Shown here one piece after another: positions 48,610 through 58,834 of a stretch of DNA of 64,000 nucleotides. The DNA comes from Lama guanicoe. Taxonomy: Eukaryota. The notes under the pieces were generated by a model that saw only the letters and a list, made by a program, of their open reading frames with translations, ran no database searches and was not told the DNA's origin. Position 1 is the first letter of the stretch, and each line of letters opens with the position of its first letter. The translations under genes and the position numbers were made by a program. Location of the stretch: assembly GCA_013239625.1 (NCBI GenBank), contig MU054212.1, positions 930,001 to 994,000 of the forward strand, in the 5' to 3' direction.

Positions 48610-49160
48610 GTGACAGATTACCCGCAAACTTTGCAGCTTGAAGCAGCAGGCCATTATTATCTTGCCCAGTGTCTGTGGCTCAGGAATCCAGGAGCATGTG
48701 GCTCAGGGGCTCTCATGAGGTTGTGGTCAAGGTGTCAGCCCCGGCCACGGCCGTCTGGGACTGGAGGGTCCACTTCCAAGCCCACTCGCGTGGTTGTCAT
48801 CAGGCCTCGGTTCTTGGCTGGCTGTTGGCTTTGTGAGGCTGCTGGAGGCCTCAGTTCCTCATCACAGGAGACCCTGTGTAGACTGCCTGAAGATCCTCAT
48901 GACGTGGTAGCTGGTTCCCTCTAAAGCAAATGGGAGAGAGAAGAGAGAGACCGAGAGAGAGAGAGACCGAGAGACGGAGAGAGAGCACGCACAATGTGTT
49001 TATAGCCTAATTTCAGAAATGACACACCCTCACTTCTGCCGTTTTCTAGTCATTAAGAGCCAGTCGCTAGCCCAGCCCACACTCAGGGTGGAGAAGCAAA
49101 CTCCACCTCTTGAGGGCAGGAGTATTGAAGACTATGTAGACATACTTTTAGAACCACCTT
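48610..49160 (-). mobile_element. MLT1 (MaLR) LTR with (GA)n tract
   Basis: TCTGTGGCTCAGGAATCCAGG..GGGACTGGAGGGTCCACTTCCAAG..CACTTCTGCC..CCAGCCCACACTCA..ACTCCACCTCTTGA. Confidence 0.75.
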
Positions 49161-50051
49161 GGCCCGTCAAAAAGGCAACACTTAGTCTCAATAAGATGCT
49201 TCAAGATGCTGCTTGGAACACTTCCAGACTCTAAGGTCACAACTGTGAAGCTTTGTGGGGTGTAGGTTCTAGGGAAGAACTTCAGTGAACTGGGAGCCTG
49301 GACGGCTTGCCCCTCCTCCCTGCTCCCACTCACTTGCCTTCTCCGGTAAGGGGGCTTTGTCTGCCTGCCCTGAGGGGACGTGGCCTCTGATTCCCACCTC
49401 TCGGTCATGCCTTCCTTCTTGATCAGGTTTTACTTTAAGGGTGGGGGGTGTCAGGACCAGAGGTGACCTCGCCTCCACATCTCGGCCACCGTTGTGCTGC
49501 TTGCACAGCCCGATGGTGTCAGGGAGGGGCGGTCCCTGGGCCTGATGGTGCAGTTGGACACGGCTGATCCACCAGAGGACACAGTGTCACTTGGGAAACA
49601 TTCGCCATCTGCTTTCAGGGGAAGGTTTTTTTTAAATTTATTTTTAGAGGTTCTTTTTGTCACTGACAGACATTAACCAGTTCTGTCAGTTAAGTAAGAA
49701 AGCAGTGGCCTAGATTTCTTAGAACAGCTGTGGATTAAATAAACATTTTGGTTTAGTAGTCATCCAGAATAAAAGGCTCTTATTTGTTTCTGTGACTGTT
49801 ATTCTTCTTTTTAACAGAAGTGTCTTCTTGCTTGTAAAACTCAGTCATGTTCATATTAAACATTTTGATTGACATGAAAGGGTGTAAAGTAGGAAGTTAA
49901 AATACCATGTTTAATTCCACTCTCTGGAGATGACCACTGTTAACCGGTTGACTGTGGATCTTTCCAGATCCACGTGCCAGTGGACTTTGCAGGTGAGTTA
50001 ATGTTGCTGTCGGCTCTTTTAATGCTGTTGATCCTATTATGTCAATTTTAG

Positions 50052-50150
50052 GTGTCCTCTTATGGTGGCTACCTCACCTACCAAATCAAGTCCTTCGGCC
50101 TACCTGGTGACATGGTTCTTCTGGAAAAGAAGCCGGATGTGAAGCTCACC
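50052..50150 (+). CDS. LAMA3: Laminin alpha-3B exon ~36 (L4b)
   Basis: tag|GTGTCC...ACC|gtaggt; VSSYGGYLTYQIKSFGLPGDMVLLEKKPDVKLT; 99 nt. Confidence 0.96.
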
Positions 50151-52339
50151 GTAGGTGTCAAAACACCATCCATGTGGCAAGAAGTGACAGTTGCAATTGG
50201 TGCTAATCCAATTTTAGGACATCTTGATAAGCAACCTACAAAAAGTTTGAATTAAGTCATTTCCAATATTTTGTAGAAACTAAAAGGGAAGCTTAGAGCA
50301 AGTCCCACTGCCTCAGGATCCTCTGTTCCTGACCAGGCCAGCCCCAGCTGGCTTCTCTTTCCCTCCCTTGCACCCTGACTGCTCACGTTCAGTGCCTCAT
50401 CGTAAACTCGTTTCATGTTTCTGTCTTTCAGTTTAGTCTCACAGATGTTTTTTGAGACCTCCCTGTTGGCCAAGCCACATGGCGGGCTCATAAAGGACAG
50501 GTGATCCCTGTCCTCAAAAAAAAAATGCAATCTAAGAGGGAACATGAGAATTGGGGAAAGACCTACTATCCACTGAACAGTAAGCATTTGAGACAAAGTC
50601 CAAACAAAAGACTCTGTGGGAGCTGGAGTCCAAGTAGGAGTTTATGTAGTTGTGATGCCATCAGAAGACTTCAAAGAAAAGGTTAGTTTTGAGCCACACC
50701 TTTAAGAAGGGACGTGAAAGGAGAAAGGTCCTTCCCCCACACAGAATAAGGTGAATGAGGCAGAGGGGCGGTGCCCAGGGGTGACCAGTGCCGCTCGGCT
50801 GTATTATCAGCATGTGCCCAGTCATTGAAAACAAGCTGGGGAGGGTAGGAGGGTGGGTGTCTAAGGCTATGATAAGGAATTTGGCCTGAGGTAGACAGTG
50901 GGGAGCCCCTTTGGTTTTTTCAGAAGAGAAGTGATATCCACATTCTCTTGTCCAGAACTGCAATCTAGAAAGTTCCTTGAGGGCAGGGGCAATATCACAT
51001 CCTGCTCTGAATCCCCTACAATGTAGGGCACAGAACCTTGAACTTGCATTGGGTGCCAGAGCCTGAACTTGACTTTGTTTCTGGTTTGTGTACTGTGATT
51101 AATGCGGTGCAATTCCAGCTTCCTGAAGGGTTTCCTTGTGTCCCTCTCCGTTGAAGAGGCACTGGCAAATCCCACACTGCTCGTCCCAGCTGAGGGCCTC
51201 GTGTGCTGCTAGGATCTGGTGATCAGGCACTGCTCTGTTGTGCTTTGTTTCCACTGGCACCGAAACATATTGAACTGTTGTTTTAAAAGCTCAAAGGAAC
51301 CTTTGCAAAACATCTTGAAAATGAAGCACTGAGACTTTAGAGTTATAGCCTAAGGAAAAATAGCTGCACGATTAAAAATACTGTTACGACATGCTGTATT
51401 TCAGCTGCTTTATTTTTGCAGAGCACCTCAAATTCAGGCCATTAGTATGCCTGTATTTTACTGCCTATGTTATTATGCAAACTGTTGAAATTCATGGAGA
51501 AGCGATGACCAAAATTTCTTCTTAATTTATCTTCAAACATGGAAACTAATTTTGGCTCATGAAGCATTTACTCTGTTGCTTTGTCCCAGACCACTGAAAT
51601 TTAAAGCCTATGGAGTGTGTTTCTTAGATTAAGATTTTTAATTGGTGATCGCCGATAATGCTCTTCTTCCTGAAACTCAGGCTCTAATGAATGAAACTCC
51701 AGCTTTTGGGTTTGGTGCTACAACAGAAAAGGGGTACTTCTGTGTGGGGGTGTAGGGTTAGGGTGCTGGTGGTGGGTGGTGACTCTCCCATCGGGCCCTT
51801 AGGAGCCCCTGTGATGGGGGACGAGTGTGCGGAGACTGAGAGTAAGTGAGGCTGGATCCCACGGGGTGCGGGCGGTGGGGTTAATTCCACCCCTGAGTGC
51901 CAGCTCTGCAGCCCCGTCTACGCAGCCTGCACAGCTGGCCCTGCCGACCCTCCTGCCCTACTCACCCTCCTCACTAGCCCACCCACCCGAGCACCCTCTT
52001 GCTATCAGAGCCTGGTCCTGTAGGCAAGATGGGAACCAGCACCGCATGCATTGACTGCAAAGCATGGTTTAAAAAAATTGCTTCCATCTTTTAAAGCCAC
52101 TTTGACTCATGGGAATTTTCCTCAGTTCTTATTTGTGAAAATGGACTGTATTAGGTATTCTTGCTCCATGTTACTAATCATTTTGCCAGTCAGTTCATTT
52201 TGCAGCTACTTTTTAGAATCAGGCAAAATTTCCTGCAATGTAGAAATATCCATAGATAGACATTTGTTCTTGGACCAGTCATAAACCTCAGAACATCCCA
52301 GCCCAAGCCACTGACGCAGTCATGTTTCTCTTTAACCAG

Positions 52340-52423
52340 GGTCAGCGCATGTCCCTCATCTCTGAGGAGCCACGTCCCCCCCGGCCAGACCGGTTGCATC
52401 ACGGGCGAGTGCAGATGGTGGAG
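52340..52423 (+). CDS. LAMA3: Laminin alpha-3B exon ~37 (L4b)
   Basis: cag|GGTCAG...GAG|gtaacg; GQRMSLISEEPRPPRPDRLHHGRVQMVE; 84 nt. Confidence 0.94.
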
Positions 52424-53334
52424 GTAACGCAAAAGCATCATGAATGGTTCTTGGTGATCCTTTTTGTCCTATCTTGTCGTTCTTTCAAACAGTTGTGATT
52501 TTTGACTTAGTTTATGAATTTAAAATCTAAGGATTTCAAATCTATTTATATAGATGGAATTTAGATATATAAATTTAAATATAAATTATATAAAAGATAC
52601 AGAGTTTGATCCTTGCAGGACTTTGTTTGCACCATCTTTGTGGCACTTACCGTTGTCTCCTGTCCTGCAGCTCAGTACCTGTGTCTTCTAAACCCTCTGA
52701 GTCTGTCAGTGCTACGAGGTAGCCTCCCTCAGGGCCTGGGACCTGGGGACTGTCCAGCAGATGCTTGGGGTGAATAGAAAAGTCTCCAAAGCATCTAACA
52801 CCAAAAGAAATAAGAATGATCTAGCCAAATAAAGAAAATCTCATCACATCACAGAACATTGTTACTACACCTACTTGGTTACAACTTCCCCTTTAAAGTA
52901 ATGTTCCAATTATATTAAATATATCCTCAAGATTATACTTTTCCAAGTGCCTTGAACTCACCCACATATTGTAACTTTTCTGTCCTGGTCTATCCATACA
53001 ATGGAATACTCTTCGGCAAATAAATGGAAAAAAGTATTAATACCTTCCACAACGTGGGTGAACCTCAAAACCTTTTATGCTGAGGGAAAGAAGCAAGGCA
53101 CGAAAGGCCACGTTTTACATGGTTCTGTTTATGTGAGAGAGGTGATGCCAGCAAAAACGGTGAAAAACCTCTCCAAATTTGTCCTCCATAAAAGCAGTGA
53201 GCAAACTGGCAAAAATGGAATGGTCAAAATCAACGATTTTAGGACTCTGACAAGCCAAGATTCACAGTAATCTGAAAAGCATTTATTCAAGAAAAATGGC
53301 TGAATCTTTTCCCAGTAAATCCTGCAGTACTGCA

Positions 53335-53458
53335 GGATCTGCGATTGGTTGAATTGGGAATTCAGAACCACAGATATGAGCCAATGGTGAAGTTATACGC
53401 AGATTTTTGATGGCTCAGGTTGGTACCCCAGCCCCCTGCATTGTTTAAGGGTCAACTG
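53335..53458. mobile_element. Tigger2/MER8-like TcMar transposon end
   Basis: AAGTTATACGCAGATTTT...TTGTTTAAGGGTCAACTG followed by a TA target dinucleotide. Confidence 0.65.
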
Positions 53459-53460
53459 TA

Positions 53461-53978
53461 TATTCAAAAGACCTGAAAGCGGGATTTGGAAGATGTTTGC
53501 ACATCCGTGTTCATTGCAGCACTATTCACAATAGACAGGAGGTGAAAGCAACTGAAATGCATACTGACAAATAAACAGATAAAGAAAATGTGGCATATGC
53601 ACACACTGGAATATTACTCAGTCTTAAAAAGGAGAAAATTCTGTCACATGCTAGATTGTGAATGAAACTTGAGGACATTATACTAAGTGAAATAAGCAAG
53701 TCACACAAAAAAACCAAATACTGTATGATTCCATTTACATGAGGTATTTAAAGTGCTCAAATCCATAGAAACAGAAGGTAGAATGGTGGTTGCCAGGCAC
53801 TGATGGGAGTGGAAAACGGGAGCTATTGCTTCATAGGTACAGAGTTTCAGTTTCATCAGACAATTAAGTTCTAAAAGTCTGTTGCACAATAATGTAAATA
53901 TAGTTAGCGCTTGTACTGTACCGTTAAAAATGAGTAAGATGGTAAATTTTATGTTACATGTTTTTATCATCATAAAAG
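53461..53978 (+). mobile_element. LINE-1 3' fragment (L1MA/MB-like)
   Basis: GTTCATTGCAGCACTATTCACAATAG..AACTTGAGGACATTATACTAAGTGAAATAAGC..TACTGTATGATTCCATTTACATGAGG..GATGGTAAATTTTATGTTAC. Confidence 0.85.
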
Positions 53979-54324
53979 TAAATACTATGAATATGTGTGC
54001 AAGAAAAATTGTACTTTCTGTCACAACTCTGTGCATTTATGAACGATCTGAGCTGCGTGACTTACTCAGCTTCTGTCTGCCTCTCTCCTGTATCTTTCTC
54101 ACTCACTTTGTGTGTTTGCACAAACAACAGTGCACTTTAAAACCAGCCTAACGCTGAGAAGTCTGATTTCGTGTCATTGCTCCTTATTTCCTGCCTTTAT
54201 TTCTCCCCCTTTCCTAGGGTTCTCTCCCTCCTTGGGAATAATCCAGACATGTGACTTCTGAATATAAACACACTGTTGTCTACTTACCTGTCTTATTCCA
54301 TTTTATTTTCCCTGATGCATTTTA

Positions 54325-54473
54325 TTTATTCTTTTGTTTGGGGGGTGGGGTGGAGTAATTGGGTTTATTTAATTCATTGATTTCATGGTGGAGGTACTGG
54401 GGATTGAACCCAGACCCAGACCTTGTGCATGCTAAGCGGGCACTCTACCACTGAGCTATACCCTCCCTGCCGT
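54325..54473 (-). mobile_element. Camelid-type tRNA-derived SINE (Vic-1-like) with perfect 14-bp TSD
   Basis: TSD CCTGATGCATTTTA at 54311-54324 and 54474-54487; reverse complement carries A box TAGCTCAGTGG and B box GGTTCAATCCC. Confidence 0.88.
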
Positions 54474-54586
54474 CCTGATGCATTTTAAATGTCTTTTCCT
54501 GGACTCATCGCGGATGGCTGTCTCTTTGAAGCCCCTGGGAGTGAGCTTGCCCAAAGGAGACCTTGCCTCTCTGCTTTCCCGTGCAG

Positions 54587-54817
54587 GGGAACTTCAGACA
54601 CACCAGCAGCGGTGCCCCCGTGTCTCGGGAAGAGCTGATGACGGTGCTGTCTAGACTGGAAGGTGTGCACCTCCGGGGCCTCTACTTCACCGAGACGCAG
54701 CGGCTCACCCTGAGCGGGGTGGGGCTGGAGGAGGCCTCGGAAACAGGAAGTGGACGTCGAGCACAGAACGTGGAGATGTGTGCCTGCCCCCCTGACTACA
54801 CTGGTGACTCATGTCAG
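54587..54817 (+). CDS. LAMA3: Laminin alpha-3B exon ~38 (last alpha-3B-specific exon)
   Basis: cag|GGGAAC...CAG|gtagga; GNFRHTSSGAPVSREELMTVLSRLEGVHLRGLYFTETQRLTLSGVGLEEASETGSGRRAQNVEMCACPPDYTGDSCQ; 231 nt. Confidence 0.96.
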
Positions 54818-55739
54818 GTAGGAAATGCTGCTGCACCATAAACCCCCCGCCCCCCGGGACTCCCGTGGCAGGCGCTGCTGTCTGCTGTCCAGCACTGCTG
54901 CACGGTCTGGGGCGCTCTGCCCATCCAACAGGTTTCTGCTGGGCGCTAGCTTCTCTCTTCCCTGGGCCACCTTCAGGTATTAAATATGAAAAAAAAAATC
55001 ACAAATGTCTCAAAAGCCACTGGAAAGCCACAGGAGCTCAGAAGATCCCAGGGGCTGCAGAAATCTGGACTTCCCAGGAGGTCGGAAGGAACCTGCCGGG
55101 GGGCATCCCAGTGTGTGAGCCGCTGCTATCCGCGTAGCTGACCCCGGATTCCCGTGCTTTTCTCTAGTCCAGGGCTTCCCTCCGACCACCCACCCCCAAC
55201 AGAGCTGTAGGCCAGAGAATATCCTGATTCTTCAAGGGGAAATTGCAGTCCCAGTTTCCAGCTCACTGCAGATCCTCATTTGAGATCCAGTCAACCTGAC
55301 TGTCCTCAGGGGGTTAAAAAGTGCCGTAAAATGAAACTATGTCACGTCTCAAGCTGTAAACGTGGTCTCTTCCTGAAGAGAGGGAAGGAAAGCACCAGGG
55401 TTAGTGCAGTCTTTAGGAAGTAGCAAATATTGTCGTTCTCAGTAGTCCAGACACCTGTCAGATGTGGATTTAGCAACGTCCTTCACTTTCTCTCCTGACC
55501 TGTGGACAGCAGAAAACCCCAAGGTGATCTGCACATCAGTTCCTTTTTTAACCTGCAAACGGATTATCCGCCGTGGTTTTCTGGGGGCTCCTGCCTTGTA
55601 CCGTTCAGTCCACAGGGGCCTGTATTCTTCTTCCCCTTCCTTCTCCCTCTTTTCTAGCCCGATTAACTGAAATCCATAGCCAGAGGGAAAGAAAGGGCCC
55701 TCTGGATTACCACCCTCCTGCCCAGGGCGTGTTCCTGGC

Positions 55740-55985
55740 GCATGACTCAGCCTGTGATTTACAGCTGCCCGAGCCGTCTAAGGGTGAGGTGGGTAGAAGG
55801 TGATGCCGGCCCCACCTGGCAGGGATTACAGAGCGGCGCGCTTCCCTGCGGGACTGTTATGTGCGCTCCCTCACAGGCTGACTCATGGGTGAAGTTTACA
55901 GGTGGGGCCTCTCGCCGCAGACTGCCTGCCTTACCTGAGTCAGCCGGGGCCTGGGCACTGAGCAGGAAGGGCAGGTATAAGAGCA
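55740..55985 (+). promoter_or_regulatory. LAMA3: Internal LAMA3A promoter: three AP-1 sites and TATA box
   Basis: TGACTCA 55743-55749, TGACTCA 55879-55885, TGAGTCA 55936-55942, TATAAG 55976-55981, about 55 nt upstream of the alpha-3A ATG; a three-AP-1 arrangement is known for the mouse lama3A promoter. Confidence 0.88.
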
Positions 55986-56031
55986 GAAGGCGGAGGTCTG
56001 TGTGCAACCGGCCGGACGCCCAAGGACCAGG

Positions 56032-56202
56032 ATGCCCCCGGCAGCAAGGTGGTCTGCCCGGAGCATGGGGTGGCTGTGGATCTTTGGGGCAGCCCTGGGG
56101 CAGTGTCTGGGATACAGTTCACAGCAGCAAAGGGTAGCGTTTCCTCAGCTTTCCAGTCAAAACCAACTGCAAGCAAATTATGTGGAACTTAAACCCAACC
56201 AG
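56032..56202 (+). CDS. LAMA3: Laminin alpha-3A alternative first coding exon (exon ~39; signal peptide)
   Basis: MPPAARWSARSMGWLWIFGAALGQCLGYSSQQQRVAFPQLSSQNQLQANYVELKPNQ|gtaatg matches the alpha-3A N-terminus; phase 0 like exon 38, so both splice to exon 40. Confidence 0.95.
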
Positions 56203-58720
56203 GTAATGTCCCTTTTACATTTTGGTGTGGGATGGGGAAGAGTTCCTAGCTTCGTGAGATTTTAAGTGAGGGTGATGGGTGAGGAGTGGGTGGGCTAGGG
56301 GAGGGGCTGCTGGCTCCCCCTCTCGCTGAATGGCAGTGTTTATTATGGTGTCTGACAGATCGCTCTCCTGTGCTGTTAACCGCAAACCCTATAAACATCA
56401 GGCCACCGGGAAATGCCGAGGCAGCTAAGAGTTTGAATGCTTGTGGGATGTTGATATGCTATGAAACTTTGTGCTCTGTGGAGAGCTACCCAAGCCTCAG
56501 AACGAGAATCTGATACCTATAAGGCTTCCAGATTCTGCTTGGGAGAAAAATTACCAGAAGGCAAACCATGAGAATTAGTGAAATCCCTGTTGAAGAAAAG
56601 TGATCAGTTTTGTATAATACCCAACAGATGTGCTTCAGTTTGCCCAGCACTAAACACTCATAAATTCTGCTTTCATTCTCTTTAAACTTCCTGGATGGTA
56701 CATGTATACTCACAGAGAAATAGATTCTAAGGCTGCTGGAAGTTTGACAGGGACATAATTTTATCGTTTGTCTTACAAGTTTATTGGAAAAGTTACCTTG
56801 AAAAATGATCACCTAAAAAAAGATTAGCTGCAAAACCGCTTTCCTGAGATAATGTATTAAGATACATTGATTTTCATTTAGAATAAGGTTCAATGCAATC
56901 TGAATAGTTGAACAGAATTTTATGTTAAGTGTGGAGTTTGCGTGCTGTTTACAGAGGTGAGAACACGATTGTATTTCAGCAACTGACAAATGTCCGGAGA
57001 GTCACATGGTGCAGTACTCTGGCAGAGTACTTTTCTCTTTCTAATCAAAAGCAAATTAAGATGGGTGATTTAGCTTTAATTAGGATAGACCATCTGCCCC
57101 CCGCCCCCGAAAGCATGTTTAATTAAGGCATTTACTTGGGCATGTTGTCATAAGCAAACCAAATAGATTTATTTATTTAGATAATTTGTTCTTTACCAAA
57201 TCTGATTCTTTTATAAGCATGTAATGCGATACGTGGTGATAGTGATAAGGCACGTATCCCTGTTTGTAGAGATTGTAGACACGATCACACCATCATTGGT
57301 CGAATTTCCTTCAGACGTAGCTCTCCGTTGTGCTTTCAGCTCAAGAACATTCCTTTCATGCTTCGATTCTCCCTTAGACAAGCCTATTCATATAACACAT
57401 AAAGTAAGCGAATGCATTCTTTTGCCTACACATGGTCCCTAATAGCTGAAGGGAAAATTATATTGGAAATTATAGTATTGTTATTGTGCACGATTTGGCA
57501 TCACTGTACAGTTTTGGGAGGTGCTTCTAGCAGCAACTGGAATATTCCACCCTGGGGTATGTGTGAGCTTCTCTCTCCCCAGCCTGACCAGGCAGAGACC
57601 TTTAAGGCCATGGATGAATGAGAATAGATTCATTTCAAAATTCCCCTTGACTGCAGCTTCCAAGTCTTACAGGTGTATTGGCTGTTTAAAGAGATTAGAT
57701 AAAAGATGGTGCCTTCAAGATAAGCCATATAGGAGGTCAGTGAAGGAAACTAGGGACAACTGACTTTGATCAGTCACTGATTCGCTCTGCCAAAATACAG
57801 AAAATGCCTGTAATTCTCTTTAAAGACAGAAACCTTAATGATTTTTTACTGGCTGGTTTAAGAATAAATGCTTTTTTTTTCTCGGAGGCATTTTTTTTGC
57901 TAGAATCTTTAAAAAGAAATTAGTTCATCAAAAGTAAACCATAATTCTTTTCATCCATATGAAAGATAGTAATGTGTTACCCTGGAGAGAGACAACATAG
58001 TGCAGATAGAAATAATCTAAGCAATATTGAACAAGAGGAGACCACACTTGGAGAGGTTCCCTCAAGCTGAGTCTTTGTGTTCAATTGGAACCCAACATCT
58101 GTGCAAAGTTCTGAATGACAATGCAGCCCGTTCCTTTCCCCGGAGTTCCCTGTCGCCCGTAGACTGGTGAGCGGCAGTGAAATGGTTCCACCGGTTCTGC
58201 CAGTATTGTGTGGATCCCAATGAAGACCCCATCTTTCCCCCTCCTTCCATACTGCTCCCCCACCTGCCCAAACCCAGACTTGGAGAGGGAATGGCTACCC
58301 AAAGAGAACTTGAACTTGAAGGGATTTGCTCAGAGGTCCTCCCCCACCAAGGACTGAGGTCCCAATCCTCTTTGCATTTTCACCGCTCCACGCCTCCACT
58401 TGCCCACAAAGCGACTGGCGTGAGGAGGAGGAGGGGCACCCCACTCCCATGCTCCCCCCTCCACACTTACCCTTTCTCTGATTTCCCCACCACACGACTC
58501 CCACTCGGGCACAAACACACGCACCTGCCATGGTGTGGAAACACATAGAACCTGACCCCAAAAGAGCAGTTGAGCCCGGCTAGTATTTGAAAGTAGAAAT
58601 CCACATACCGACTAAAGGAGAGAAGATTAAAAGGTGAATGCTTGACCGTCAGAATGGTCACATACTTTGGATAATCATTTTCTTTCTTGGTATTGACTAA
58701 ACACTTTGTTTGAAAACTAG

Positions 58721-58834
58721 GGGTGTAGCCCTGGATACTATCGGGATCACAAAGGCTTGTACACTGGACGGTGTGTTCCCTGCAGTTGCAACGGACATTC
58801 AAATCGATGCCAGGACGGCTCGGGAATATGCATT
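58721..58834 (+). CDS. LAMA3: Laminin alpha-3 shared exon ~40 (LE)
   Basis: tag|GGGTGT...ATT|gtgagt; [38 protein letters not shown]; 114 nt. Confidence 0.96.
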
